In this document: positions 1 to 13,483 of the stretch, piece by piece
Layout: each line of letters begins with the position of its first letter
Numbering within the stretch: position 1 is the first letter of the stretch
DNA from: the human T2T-CHM13v2.0 reference genome, Homo sapiens
NCBI RefSeq assembly: GCF_009914755.1
Contig: NC_060928.1
DNA length: 64,000 bases
Direction: 5' to 3' (one strand)
The notes under the pieces: model-generated
What the model was told of the DNA's origin: nothing
Database searches by the model: none
The model's input: only the letters and a program-made list of their open reading frames with translations
Made by a program: the position numbers and the translations under genes

Positions 1-68
1 CTACAACTAGTACTACTATTGATCTGACTATAACAGCAACTATTACTACTACCACACTACTACTAGTA
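1..68. repeat. Degenerate (ACT)n low-complexity tract
   Basis: ctacaactagtactactatt...actactaccacactactactagtag. Confidence 0.6.
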
Positions 69-639
69 GAAATGAACACTTATCCATCAAATTACTTAAA
101 GCTCTGTGAGAAAAATAATTCGGAATCAGATCCGAGGCTCTGTTTGTTAATGATACCCTAATAACTTCTCATGCTTTTCATTTGAAGTAGCCCTAATGAC
201 AGGTAAAAGTGAATTCAGAGTTCTGGAAGACTAGAATTTTCTAAAAGTTTGGCATTTTTTCTTAAAAAAAGACAAAGAATATCTCAAATATTGTTTTTTT
301 TTTTCTGTTGTAACACATCTTGTTGGCTTCAAAAGAATAAACATTTTTCCCTAGAAGATTTTGAGTAAAATTGACAGCATGGAAGCTGTGCCAAGCAATC
401 TAGTGACTTTGTGTTTTCCCAGTAAACTTAGGTGTGTGAGTTTGTGCACACTAGGTTGGAAAACATTGATACATGATGGCAAATAATTGATTGGCTGCCA
501 TAAATAAAGGGTTGGAAGTTAATGCCGGCTCAACCCTGAGCTCTCAGCTCAAATGCTCTCTCTTTGAAAAGTCCTCTCTCTTTCCCCTTGTCTCCACAAC
601 TAGGTCAACCCCTGTGCCTCAATTTTTCTTAACCATTAC

Positions 640-812
640 TAATCCTCAGTAGCTCTTAAGACTGTTGTAATTTTATAAATAGTTAAATATATGAGGGCAA
701 ATATGTCTAGTTATTTTCCCACGGTTAAATTCCTGGGTGTAACACAGTGCCTGGCACAGAGTAGGAGCTTAACATTATTTACGGAATGAATGAGTGAAGA
801 AAGGAATGCATG
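640..812 (+). mobile_element. L2 (LINE-2) 3' end relic
   Basis: Typical L2 tail: acagtgcctggcacagagtaggagcttaacattatttacggaatgaatgagtgaa. Confidence 0.7.
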
Positions 813-1411
813 AGCTTGCTGAAGCATCAGTCCTTCCCTGCTGCTGCTGGGTGCTGATGTGAGCAGGCTCTCTCAGAGTGGCAGGCTCCTGCCATCCAGT
901 CACAGCCAGTACAACTGGCACCTCATTCACTGGCCACCTTTGGGGCATGAAGTGGTTTTTATATGTGATGTTCCAGTATAAAGGGAAATAAGTATTTAAG
1001 CTTTAAAACATTAAAACAACAGCCATTTGAACAAGCATGCAGCTGGGCACCCTGCACTGGCTAACACCACTTTTTTGGTGGAAGGCTCTGTGAGGAGATG
1101 CAGTCCCAGCTTTCCTCAGAACTGTACTTTGCTCAGAGAGGGATGACGTGTGGTAGGACATGGTTAAGTAGAGGGCAATGGTTCCCATCCATCTTCTTTA
1201 GGAGCTGACTACTACATCCCTACAACACTTACCTTCCTCGTGGGGGAAGCATATGCTTCACCTATGTGCTTTTTGGGAATTACAGGCTTACCCGCATTGG
1301 CCAGTCTTTTTTTTACAGAAATGACAGGGGAAGGAGAATCTTTAGCAGGCCTCTCTCTGTTTCTTTGGCCTGGTACTATTTTGGTCAGCCCATGCTGGGC
1401 TGTTTAAATAA

Positions 1412-1560
1412 TGCTGTGAAATTCTCACTTATCTAGCATGATGGGGGATAGAGGCGCTCCACCTAAGCGGATTTTCCAGATAACTGAAACTTATCCTGCT
1501 AAGTTGCAAAATTAAAAAACATTGTGTTATATAAAGGCTTCTAAAGTATATGATATTTAT
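1412..1560. mobile_element. Possible ancient Tigger-like (TcMar) DNA transposon end
   Basis: aaattctcacttatctagcatgatggggg...ttttccagataactgaa resembles old Tigger terminal sequence (from memory, unverified). Confidence 0.3.
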
Positions 1561-1634
1561 CCCTGCCTGCCTTTTAAATGAGAATATAGTGAATATATTT
1601 CAGCTTTATCTTGATGGCTCAGGGTCAGAACTTT

Positions 1635-1835
1635 GAATGTAGAATCATAGGATTTTAGAGTTGGGACCGGGCCTTGATAAAGATTGTCTGGTTCCACTCC
1701 CTCACAATAGACAGCAAGTGAAGGAGGCCCAGAGAGCTGGCATAACTTTTTGAAGACTGCACATCTAGGCAAACAGAGATGCAGATAAAAATTCAGCCTT
1801 CAGCTTTTAGCTGAGGTCCTTCCTTTTATACTAGA
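1635..1835 (-). mobile_element. MIR/MIR3 SINE relic
   Basis: agaatcataggattttagagttgg...gaggcccagagag, typical antisense MIR-family text. Confidence 0.55.
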
Positions 1836-2541
1836 TCAGAGGTTCTTCACGCATATAGTGTTTCTCGTCTCTTCAGTAAGTAGCTCTAAACTGCCGTGCT
1901 TTTAACTTGTTATTTCTGATTTTTATATTTTTTCCTACATCCTCCATTCAGGTTTCATTTGATCTATTTGCCTCTAGTGGTACCTGGTCTTCTTATTTGC
2001 GGTGCCTCTTTAAAGAAGGGGGTGGTGGTGGTGATGGGAGCAGGGACTTTTAAACTTTTTTGTATCTCCCATAATTTTGCACAATGTCTTCTTGTGCATA
2101 CTAAACACTTAATAAAATAGTTGTTGATTGGTTGATTCTATCATCTGTGGGCTGGGGAATTAAGTAGCCAAGGCTATTAGAAATGTGTTTTAAATAATGG
2201 TACTCTGTACTATAACTAGGTTCTAAGAGACAGCCTATGGGGTCATATTATAACTAAGGTTTGCCAGCTTTGTGATAATAACTTGGCTACTCAAAGACCT
2301 TGCTTACTTCTTTCTAAATTTTCAGGCAGTTCTGAATAATGAAAGTCATTGGGTAAAAGCAGTGTAAGTATAGTAGCAGTAATAATAACAGAATCACAGC
2401 AAAAATAACAACAGTAATAATATTCTGCATAAACAATGATTTAAAGCCAGAATTGGGAGTTAGATTTTAAACCAAGTTCTGCTGCCCGTATGGGGTTAGG
2501 TCATGTTTATACTTGTCACTCTAGTTTAGCCCGGGCCCCGG

Positions 2542-2934
2542 TACTATGGTTTGAATGTGTCCCCCAAAGTTCATGTGTTAGAAATTTGATCACCAATTCA
2601 TTGGTGTTGGGAGGTGGGGCCTAATGAAAGGTGTTTTGGTCATGGGGGCACCACATTCATGAATGAATTAATGCTGTTATCTTGGGAATGGATACCTTAC
2701 AGAAGGATGAATTCAGCACCCTTTTCTCTCTCTCTCTCCCTCCCTCTCTCTCTTGCCCTCTAGTGCCATTCCACTTTTCTCAATGGGATGATGCAACAAG
2801 AAGGCCCTTGCAAGACACTGGTCCCTTGATCTTGAACTTCTCAGCCCCCAGGAATGTGAGAAATAAATTTCTGTTCATTATAAGTTACCCAGCTTGTGGT
2901 ATTTCATTAGAACAGCACAAAATGGACAGAGACA
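2542..2934 (+). mobile_element. MaLR solo LTR (MST family, MSTB/MSTD-like)
   Basis: Starts tactatggtttgaatgtgtcccccaaagttcatgtg; contains gtgagaaataaatttctgttc; ends acagcacaaaatggacagagaca. Confidence 0.85.
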
Positions 2935-2994
2935 CCTGATGTCTATCACAGTTCTCAGTTGTACCCCAGTGACTAGCACAGGGTCCTTACACAG

Positions 2995-3545
2995 AAGGGG
3001 TATCTAGTGCTTAGAGGAGGCAATGTCTGACCTAAATCCTGAGAACAAATTGGAGGTAAGCAGTCAAAAGGAGGGGTTGCCTTAGAAAAGTACTTTAGTC
3101 AGAGGAAAACTCGGTTACCAAATTTATTAGGGGAGAAAATTTCTTTGAGAATGAGGGGAGTGTAGTCCAAGGTGAAACCAGAGAAATAAGCAGAGACAGT
3201 TCATGAAGAGCTTAGAAATTTGCTAAGGAGCAGGAATTGTATCTGGAAACACAATAAGGCATCACTGGAGCATTTCAGGTTGGGAAATTACATGGTCAGA
3301 TTTGTTTTAGAAAGATCCCATAAGCTTCATAATGGAAAATTTATTCATTCCATGAATACACACTGAGGATATGCCTTGTGCTAGGCATTCTTCCTGATGA
3401 AGCTCTGAATAAGTCAAAGTCCCTGATCTCAAGGAGTTTTCATTCCATTGTGTGTTTGTGTGTCTGGTAGTGGCAGAGGTGGTGAGAAAAAGTAGGTGTA
3501 CTTTAATTTCAGAGAGTGGCAAAGAATCTGAAAACAACATAAAAC
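2995..3545 (-). mobile_element. L2 fragments (antisense)
   Basis: Purine-rich L2-type text, e.g. ttattcattccatgaatacacactgaggatatgccttgtgctaggca. Confidence 0.55.
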
Positions 3546-3569
3546 AGGGCTTTAGAAGGTGGTGGGGGT

Positions 3570-3868
3570 GACTGGGCGCTCTGGCTCATGCCTGTAATCC
3601 CAGCACTTTGGGAGGCTGAGGTGGGCAGATCACAAGGTCAGGGGTTCGAGACCAGCCTGGTCAATATGGTGAAACCCTGCCTCTACTAAGAATACAAATA
3701 TTAGCCAGGTGTGGTGGTGGGCACCTGTAATCCCAGCTCCTCGGGAGGCTGAGGCAGGAGAATAGCTTGAACCCAGGATGTGAAATTTGCAGTGAGCTGA
3801 GATCACGTCACCAGCCTAGGCGACAGAGCAAGATTCTGTCTCAGAAAAAAAAAAAAAAAAAAAAAAAA
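3570..3868 (+). mobile_element. Alu (AluS type), full length, with 16-bp TSD
   Basis: Dimeric Alu with poly(A); TSD agaaggtggtgggggt (3554-3569) / agaaggtgatgggggt (3869-3884). Confidence 0.97.
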
Positions 3869-4129
3869 AGAAGGTGATGGGGGTAAGGAGAATATTTGGA
3901 TTGGATGATTGGGAAATGGCTCCCTGAGAAGTGACACATTGGAGACTGAGAGTAGGAGACCAGTTGGAAGACTGAATTTGCAAGTGAGAGTTGTATGTTA
4001 CTGGATCAGAGTTAAGGGAATGTATACAAATTATGGGGAAAGGCTATTTCTTACGCCCACTTCTCTTGGTACTGCTACTAGGTGGCCAAGACAATATGAA
4101 GAATGGAAGAATAGGAGGAATGGCAGATG

Positions 4130-6530
4130 TTTCCTTGTTCATTGAATACATACTTAGTACCGATGATGTGCCAGACATTCTTCTAGACACTGAGCACTGA
4201 GCAGGGAACAAAATAAACTCCTTGCCCTTATGACACTCATTATCATTTCATATAAACAAATAAGTATGCAATATTTTAGGTGATAATGAGTGCTAAGATG
4301 GAAAGTAAAGCAGAGTAAAATGACAGAGTGTGACAATGCAGGGGATGACTTATAGGAAATTTGGGTAAATTGGACACAGTGACATTCCAGTGGAGTTCCC
4401 TATTACATGCCTAGTGTCTAGAAGAATGCCTGGCACATCACAGGCACTGAATTATGAGAGGCAGTGAATCTTCTAGATATCTCTGGGAAAAGTGTCCTAA
4501 GCCAAGGAAATAACAGAGGCAGATGTCCTGAAGTGAGATTGTGCTTGGCATGTGTTTTGGGTACTGCCAGGATGAAGTCGCAGCTGGAGCACAACAGGCC
4601 AGGGGAAGAGTGGTAAGAGAGGACACCAGAGAGGCTCTGAGGACCCTGTGGACCTTGAGAGGACTGTGGCTTTCATTCTGAATGAGAATGTGGATTTCCT
4701 GCAATATCTTGAGTAGAGAAATGACATGAATGACTAACATTCAAAAAAGTTATTCTGGTAGCTCTGTGAAGCGAGAAATTTAGGGGACAAGGGTGAATTC
4801 AGGGAGCTGGTTAGAAGCCTTTTGCAAAATCCAGATGAGAGATGTTGACTTAGATATATTAAGCTAATGGCCGTGGAAGTGGTAGGAAGTGGCTGGATTC
4901 AGCTATGTTTGAAAGGCAGTGTGAACAAGATTTGCTGTTGAACTGAGTGTGGATAAAGAGCTAGAGGGTCAAAGATAATTTCAAAATTTTTGGCATGAGC
5001 AACTGGACAGATGGGATTGATTTTTTTTAAGAGAGGATTGACTGTAGAAGAAACAGGTTAGAGGGAAAAAATTAAGTACAGTTTTTGTATGTGTCAAGTT
5101 TGAGATGCCTGTTAGATATCCAAGTGGTAGTGTCCGCTTGATGGTTGGAAATACAAGGCTAGAACTTGAGAAGAGGTTACAGCTGGATGGATCAACTCTA
5201 AAGTTGCCAGTTTATATTTGGATCTTTGTCCTAGAGGTCAAGTGAAGAAAGTGTTTCAAGGAGAAAGAAATAATAAGGGCTGAAATATACTGCAACTGTA
5301 AGAAGTTATATGGAACCAAGAAATGACCACTGCTATGATGGAGATTAAGGACAGTAGCAGTGGAATGGTGGGGACAAAAGTCTAGATCAAGAGAGAATTG
5401 GCAGAGAGGAATTTGACACTGCAAGTATAAATAACTGTTGTTTCTTTTAACTTGAGATTTTCCATAAAAGTTAGCAAATAATGGTTGTTGGAGGAGAATG
5501 TGAGGTCTGGGAGGGCTTCTCTATAAGATAGGTGATCTCATAATATGTTTTTGTTTATGAGCATGATCCAGAAGAGAGGGGAAATTCCATGAGGTAGGAG
5601 AGAGGAGAGCAGGAGCAGAGGGATCCCATGTGCAATGGAAGGGCTGGCCTCTGACAGGAGTGTGAACAGATCACCCATTTTAACAAGAGGGAAGAAAGAG
5701 CATATGAGGAGAGGTGCTAGCAGGTTTTTGGCCATGGGAAGATGTGAAATCTCTTCTGACTGCCTCCATTTACCTACTGAATAAGGATCTAGGTCATAAC
5801 TGAGAGGAAGGGTAGCAGAAGCAGTGTTGGAAATTTAGGAAAGAAAACAAAATATGGATTATTCCTCTGGAGAGTGGGAGACTGAGAATGAATTAGGGAA
5901 ATATAATATGCATGCCAGGAAGCAGCAGGATCCTACCTGGAGTTTGGAGTCATAAATTTGAAATGAAACCAATCAGCATAATTATGTGTTCATCTATCCA
6001 GTGGCTTGGGTGTCTGTGATTCAGGTGTTGGTTCAGAGTGGGGTTTGCAACTAATTAGAGTTGGAGGAAAGGGAGGTTAGGCCATGTGCAATGCAGTGAG
6101 CAATAATGATGGGCTCTGGAATCTGGGTGAGGGTGAAGAGGGGCAGCAATCAATGGATTATTGGAGTTGGGGTACTATGGAGCGAGTCAGAAAGATAGCA
6201 GATGGAGCTCAGAGAACGGGATGCTTGAACCCGAGCCAATGGAAGTAGAGCAGTCATTTGTAATGACAGTGTGTATATATAGCAAAGAGGGAGGCTGGAG
6301 AGTGTATGGTGGAAGATCAGATCATTGTAGCTGAGAACGTGATAAAATTGAAAGGCCAGGATATTGGAAGGAGTTCTGAGTAGACATTGAAATTACCAAG
6401 TGTAGTGGTGGAGAAAGTGACAGTGAGTCAGAGGCTGCATCTTTCAGGGGCGATGAGAAGTAATCAGTTGGTCTGCAGGGAGGATGAATGGATGGTATAA
6501 GGTTGATAGCGTGACTTTACAGAGCAAAGG
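4130..6530 (-). mobile_element. Long degraded L2 (antisense)
   Basis: ttcattgaatacatacttagtaccgatgatgtgccagaca; tgtcaagtttgagatgcctgttagatatccaagtgg; continuous purine-rich L2-like text. Confidence 0.7.
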
Positions 6531-6634
6531 GAGAAATATTTTAACCTCAGATAGCACCTTGTGCGCATTGTCATGATGCTATCTTATTCTGTTTTGTTTT
6601 AGGTTGTGACCTTATTTTTCTCTTTGACAAGCCC

Positions 6635-6752
6635 CATCTTCTCACTAAACTGTGAGTTCATTAGGCGTAGGGACGGTGTTCTGATTTTTGCCTCCCACAG
6701 TGCCTAACATAGTGTCCTGTCTATAGCAGGCAATTATTATTTGTTGAATTAG
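6635..6752 (+). mobile_element. L2 3' end
   Basis: ctaaactgtgagttc...cagtgcctaacatagtg...tatttgttgaat. Confidence 0.65.
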
Positions 6753-7770
6753 ATTGCACCAAATGTGGAAATTTAAAGATCAAGTAGCTAACAACTTTAG
6801 ATGCAATATTGAAATAAAAATTACACCTAGATGTATTGTGTGTACTAAAAACATAGCACTGTCAGCTAATCATGTAGTTCCAATTGTTTTCAGAGTTCTA
6901 AAGGCATTAAAAATATAATTTGATCATAAATATTGCAAAGAAAAGCCTGAGGCCATTATATTTGCATGGAAAGGTGCTGTTTCCTTGTTTCTATACTGCA
7001 GGAATAAAAATGTCTGGAAAAGGACACCATTTACCAGCTTTGACTATTTCCTGAACCCCCCAAATATTTGTTCATCCAAAATTGCACTTTGCAAGCTAAG
7101 GAATAGTTAATTTTTATTAGCAAAAGGAGCTGTACCCCTGCCTTAACCAGACCTAAGGCAAACTGGGCAATGCAAAGCATATTTTTCTTTTAAATCTCCT
7201 CTCTGTGCAAAGGCATTGTATGTGATGAATAATAAACATCACAAGAAAAGAGAAATTTTGATTGAAACTGTAAACTCAACTTAGATTTGCTTCCATAACT
7301 TACTTCTGCAGCATCTAAATGTAAATTGTAAGGGTGAAGAACTGTTTTACGTGATGTCCAAAATTGCCTTTTGAAAACCGTGATGCAGTGTCAGCACTGT
7401 ACTTGTACCACTGACAGAGGTAATAGAGAGAGGGTATTTCCTACACACTACCCACGCTTTCCATGGGTAATTCACATTCTCCTTGTGTCTTTCAATTACC
7501 ACTGGCAAAATGCATAAGTAATCAACTTAGATCAAATATGCTTGATTTGTACTCTTTCTTTCTCATCTCTGTCACCTCTTGCTCTCCCTCTTCTTTTTTT
7601 CCCTCTCTCCTCTTTTCCTAGACACTCATAAACCAGAATCACTTTAAGATAATAGCTCCTTCAAAAATGCAACTCCACAGGATTTAATTAAACCATAAGT
7701 CCCAGACTGGCCTGGGGAGGCTGAAGTAGTTAATGTGAGATGAATCTTTGTTCAGAAAGAACATGGGATT

Positions 7771-8143
7771 TGTCTTAGTCCATTTTGTGCTGCTATAACA
7801 GAGTACCTGAGACTGGGTAATTTATAATGAACAGAAATTTATTTGGCTCACGGTTTGGAGGCTGAATGTAAGATTGAGGGGCCACATTTGTGAGGGCGCC
7901 TTCTTGCTGCATCATACCATGGTGGAATGCTGAAGGTTAAGAGAGTGTGCAACTGAGAGAGAACAAGAGGGAGCCAAATTTGCTTTTATAACAAACTCAC
8001 TCTCATGGTAATGACATTAATCCATTCATAAGGGCAGAGCCCTCACGGCCTAATTAGCCCTTAAAGGTCCTACCTTTTGACACTTTTTTACTGGGGATTA
8101 TTTCAAACCCATGAACTTTGGGGGACAGCTTCACACCATAGCA
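7771..8143 (-). mobile_element. MaLR solo LTR (MST family) with 5-bp TSD GGATT
   Basis: tgtcttagtccattttgtgctgctataacagagtacctgagactgggtaattt...caccatagca; TSD ggatt at 7766-7770 and 8144-8148. Confidence 0.9.
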
Positions 8144-8407
8144 GGATTCCAGTGGCTTCAAGGTGTCAGGCACCAATCACATTAAGAGACAGATTTGGCT
8201 TGTCACTGATTATGTGAATTCAGTGAATTAAATGATGGGCTAGAGAATTTGCAGCCCTCAGTGTTGTGTGGCCTTGGCTATGGCAATATCCTTTCTTTCT
8301 GCTTCCATATCTGTAAAGTGGACTTTGAGTAGCAAGCTTAAACTTTGTTGTTGCTTGAAAAATAACTTTTTAGAGCTTGAGTCCCAATATTTTGCCTTCA
8401 GTTTACA

Positions 8408-8677
<270 letters not shown>

Positions 8678-8947
8678 GTTAAATGACTATACTGGGGATA
8701 TTACACTTGTTGCAGATATTTGGGTAAACATGTCAGGAATTGTTTTGTTAATGAGTAACTCATATTCCATCATATCTCCTAGGGTTTTGGAGTAAGGTAA
8801 ATTAAACTACATAAGACAGAATTGCTATACGCCTTCCTTAACTGTACCTAGGGCTAATTGTTCAAGCAAAAACACTGTTCTTAAAAATCTCCTGGCTAGG
8901 AGAATTATTATAGTAGCTAATATTGACATAATGCTTACTATGTGCTA

Positions 8948-9043
8948 AGGAGAGAAAGAGTGAGGGAGGGAGGGAGAGAGAGAGAGAGAGGAAGAAGGAA
9001 AGAAAGAAAGAAGGAAAGAGAAAGAAAGAAAGAAAGAAAGAAA
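8948..9043. repeat. Purine microsatellite (GA)n/(GGGA)n/(GAAA)n
   Basis: Directly visible. Confidence 0.9.
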
Positions 9044-9455
9044 GATTTATTATCAGTAATAAGACATATGATTTACACAATTAAGGAGGCTGAGAAGTCC
9101 CAAGAAGTCCTCAGATCTGAAGCCAATGGTATGACTCTAGTCTGAGTCCGAAGGCCTGAGAACCAGGAGAGCTGATGGTATAGCTCTAGTTCAAAGGCCA
9201 GAAAAAACTGGTGTTCCAGCTAGAAGGCAGTTAGGCATTAGGAGTTCCCTTTTAGTCTAGGGAGGGTCAATATTTCTGTTCTATTTAGACCTTCAACTGA
9301 TTAGATGAGGCCACCCCCACTAGGGAGGGCAATCTACTGATTCAGTGTTAATCTCATCCAAACACACCTTCACAGACACATCCAGAATATAATTTGACCA
9401 AATATCTGGGCAGTCTGTGGTCCAGTCAAGTTAACACATAAAATTAACCACTACA
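9044..9455 (-). mobile_element. MLT2 (ERVL) LTR
   Basis: ggaggctgagaagtcccaaga...tttgaccaaatatctggg...cagtcaagttaacacataaaattaaccactaca. Confidence 0.85.
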
Positions 9456-9526
9456 GCATGGAAATGCTCAGCCAGGATTTGGGTCCAGGCAATGTAGCTC
9501 CAGAGTATGTGCTTTTGGCCAGAGTA

Positions 9527-9779
9527 TAGTTGGTCTTTTGTATCTATGGGGGATTGTTTCCAGGACCCTTTGGGGATGCCAAAATCTTTAGATGCTCAAG
9601 TCCGTTATATAAAATGGCATAGTACAGTTGTCCCTCTGTATTTCTGTGGGTTCTGCATTTGAGAATTCAACCAACCACAAATGAAAAATGCATACAGTTG
9701 GTCCTCTATATTTGCAGGTTTTGATCCATGGTTGTTTAAACCCCAGGACACAAAACCCATGGAAACAGAGGGCCAACTG
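9527..9779. mobile_element. MER2-like TcMar-Tigger MITE
   Basis: Terminal inverted repeats tagttggtcttttgtatctatgggg ... cccatggaaacagagggccaactg; internal gatgctcaagtccgttatataaaatggc. Confidence 0.8.
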
Positions 9780-10214
9780 TCTGAACTTATAAACTTTCTA
9801 AAGCCTTAGCAATTGTTCCTTTAACTTACTCAACATGAATGTCAAGCAATGCTCCCACCTGAGCTTTGACAAAGATTTTGTAATTATCAAAAGTACAAAT
9901 CCCTAACATCTTCCTATAAACAACCTCACTCTTCCAAGGTAACTTTATAAAGAGAAAGAGTTTGCTACTGGAGTGTTTGACCTTCTTCCCAGGAGACCTT
10001 ATTTTGTCCCTTAAAGTTTTATAGTAACCAAACCTATATCCTCGCTTGCCTCATACTAAATCTCAAATATTACAAATCTGATAATTTATAAACCATATAA
10101 GGAAAACAGACATGCTTTACTTTTTTCTTCCTAGATCTTGATACATGGAGAGCTGTAACTAGGCCGCAGGTTTGACGGCTGGGCCTTCCTGCCTGATTCA
10201 GCTCTTCCAGGAAT

Positions 10215-10935
10215 ACAACATTGAATGAAAATGGCAAAGACACTGCTTTCTTACTTAACAGTGAGGGATACAGTCAATACGTAAGTAGGCAAATATAAAA
10301 AGATACAATGGGAAGTTGGTTAGCTTTGTGACAAAAATGGAGCTGAGGGAGGGGAAGAATAGAGATGGAAGATGTGAGTGAGGTGACTACACAGGGGGAT
10401 CAGGAAAGTCTTCTTTGGAGCAGGTGCCATCTTAGCAGGGATTTGAATGAAATAAAGGAGTGAGCCATGAGGTGACCTGAGGAAAGAACCCTCTAGAGGG
10501 GAGCTGCTTGAGTCAAGGCCCTGAGTGTGGAGACTGCTCATTGTGTTTAAGGAAAAGCATGGTTAGAGCAATGTGAGCCAGGGGAAGAGAGGAAGGTGAT
10601 GACGCCAGAGAGCCTCAGCCAGGTGATGCAGGGTATTTAGGTTTATGGCAAAGGCTTTGGATTTTGTGATGAGGAGACACTGAAAGGTTTTGAGTAGGGA
10701 AATGGCATGATCTGACTCACATTTTAAAGAATTTCTTTGTTTACTATATGGAGAATAGTCTCTTGGGAGAAAGTGTCGAAGTGTGGCAGCTATTGCAACA
10801 ATCCAGGTGAGAAGGGATGGTAGGAGGAGCAGGGTGGGGTAGCAGGGGAGGTGGTGGGAATTATTTGAAGCTGGGTTACATTTTGAAGGTAGTGGTAAGG
10901 GGCTTTGTTGATGGATTCACTGTGTGATGTGAGCC
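10215..10935 (-). mobile_element. L2 fragment (antisense)
   Basis: ggaaatggcatgatctgactcacattttaaaga; tattgcaacaatccaggtgagaagggatggt. Confidence 0.75.
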
Positions 10936-13483
10936 AATTGTGTTTTAATATCAGACCTCTGTAAAGGTGATCTTATAACTCAGCAGATTTATGTGCAGGA
11001 GAGTCGGTTGGACTAAATGGTATCTAAGGTCTGTTTCTCCAACACAGTGATTTTAATCACATTTACTACACGCTCCCTGAGATATAACAACACTCAACTA
11101 TTTTATCAGCTGCAGTTAAATTTTATTCTTCCCATATCTGAAGCTCAGCATATCTTCTTTTGATCCAGAGGGATTTTTAATAGCAACATTATTAGTTCAC
11201 CAAAACAAAAGCCGATGAAAGAAAACAGATGCCTTTTCTTATTTATTTTTTGTCACCTTCATACAATGGCAGGACAATGTATAAAAATATTACAGAAAAA
11301 ATTTCAAGAATATGTATCTATTAAGTAAATATGGGGGAAAGAAGCCCATGCAGAAGAAAAACAACTCATAACAAAACACAATATTAAATAACCATCAGAG
11401 AAGGACCAGAGAAAGAATTACTTTATTTAGCTATATCAGTGAAAAATTGCCTGGCTTTATACCAGAAAAAAATCCCTATAATCCACTTTGAAAACTGCTT
11501 GCTCCTTATTTTATGCATGACATTTCTACGCTGCAAAATTCCTGATTGAGCTGGTGATTAGAGGACAATGCCTTCGCTCCTTTTCTTTGTCTTCTTTTCT
11601 TGGAAGCAGCCTTGCCTCTGCTTCTGCTTCCTCTGAATGGCTCATGAAAGTCAGAGACAGAGAGAGCAATGAGACAGACATGCATCAAAGCACTGATTTC
11701 GTTAAAGAGGAATAACTAGCGGGAATGTGCAGCAGCTAATGCAGGAAGTGTTGGCAGAGTGGAGAAAGGGAATGAGAAGGGTCAGCAAAGAGTGATTTTA
11801 CCTGCAGTGTTGAAGGTCAGAAAGGTGTTAGGTATTAATTGCCCCCAACTCCAAATAAAGTAAAGCTTTGTTTGATTTGCAGGTAGCTCCGAAGAGAGAT
11901 GGCTCATTTTCAACCTGCATGTTTATATCATGCTACTTAAATGGCCTGTTGAGGCACAAGGGCTGCTGTGAGGCCACAGTGGGAAGAGGAGGAAGTGTTG
12001 GGATGCATGTGGGATAGAGTTAAAAGTGGTAATTTATTATGATTGCTTTCCATGCTCGCCATAATAGACTACTTCTGAGCAATCAGGATGTGCTCCTGCA
12101 GGACTTGGGGTGGCACAGGTAGGCATTATTTAATTCATCTGTGTGAGAGTGAGCAACAGAGGGAGATAAAGTGGGTATTAATCAGGATTGTATGAGTTCT
12201 GGGATAGCTGCATCTAAATCAATCCACAACATCGTCTGGGAAATCAACTCCCTGTTTTCAGCTGGCTTACACTTCTTTTTTTTTTTTTTTTCCTGGTGGG
12301 GGGATATTAGAAGCTTTTTTTTCCCACTCACTTCTTCCCAGGTTGGTTCATCTTAATGAGCCCCAGAAAATTCATATGTCAGAAGGAATTTGCTCTGACT
12401 GGAATTTCATTCCACAGTCTCTGAATAATGATGACCTGTACGCATTACTGGGACATTATCTGATAGCCTGGGGCTCTTCTGAGTTCATTTCAGGCACTAG
12501 CGGGGATTTCTTAATAGCTCCTGAGACACAGTATGTATGTGGCTATGCCAGTCCAGAAGTCAATACAGATGACAAAGCACACCTTAAATGGGAGCTAAAA
12601 CAAAGAACCAGGAAGGAAGTGCCAAGGCTGTTGCTCTGGTCTTAATAGACAATATGGAAGTTAATTAATTCATGAACATTTCCCTTGATTTTTGGTTACA
12701 TATTGAGATTGAAGAGTAAGAAGAGAAATGCTGTACTTCAATCCTTAGCCTTGGATAACAATTGTGGCCCCTACACGTGGGAACTTTTCTTATTTCCGTG
12801 GGGCATTATCTGATAGCCTGGGACTCTTCTGAATTCTTATTAAAAGTTACCTGCCACCACTTTAGGTCATTCCTACTTGGCAGTGCTTGGTTGTAAGTCT
12901 TCAGTCAGACTACCCAAATGTGCTTGTATTGTTTTTGAAAGATCACTGAAATAAAACATGACACTAAATAATCATGAAACCTAAAGATGACCGAAAACAT
13001 ATCCAAGGATTCCCAGGAGTCCATTAGGAGAGGTACTGAGCTGTAGGATTCCTCTAAAATAAATCCTGGGGTAAGTACGCTACTCCCTGGGAGTCATTAG
13101 GTAGGATCTCTGGTAGGCAAATGTGTTCTCTTAGGTCTCCTGAGCACTATGAGCTGATGCTCCAGTGCACTTAATGCATGCCCTCCTGGTGTCCCCAACA
13201 TTTTCCATCCTCTTTTGCTCCAGGGGATCCAGAAAAACTAATAAGCCATCTTAGGTGGCCTATGATACATAAAACATATCAGGGCTAATCAAAGGGCTGG
13301 TAATTTCTAAGATAAATTTACATTCCAGGATTCAAAGCTTTGGAAACGTGGTCTCGAATTAACAAAAATACAAAGATTCTGGTAAGACAAAGCACTTATT
13401 TATCTGAGTATGAAAACTTCTAATCAAGGAAATAGTAATAAAGCCCAGATTATGATATTTGGTTGCTATGTCCTATATCCCTC

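Noticed and set aside
2711-2725. TTCAGCACC REST left half-site
   Set aside because: No right half, and it lies inside an MST LTR.
6585-7625. Further acceptor-like sites (AG 6601-6602, AG 7620-7621)
   Set aside because: Such motifs are common by chance; the first pairs only with an L2-derived donor and the second has no clear donor.
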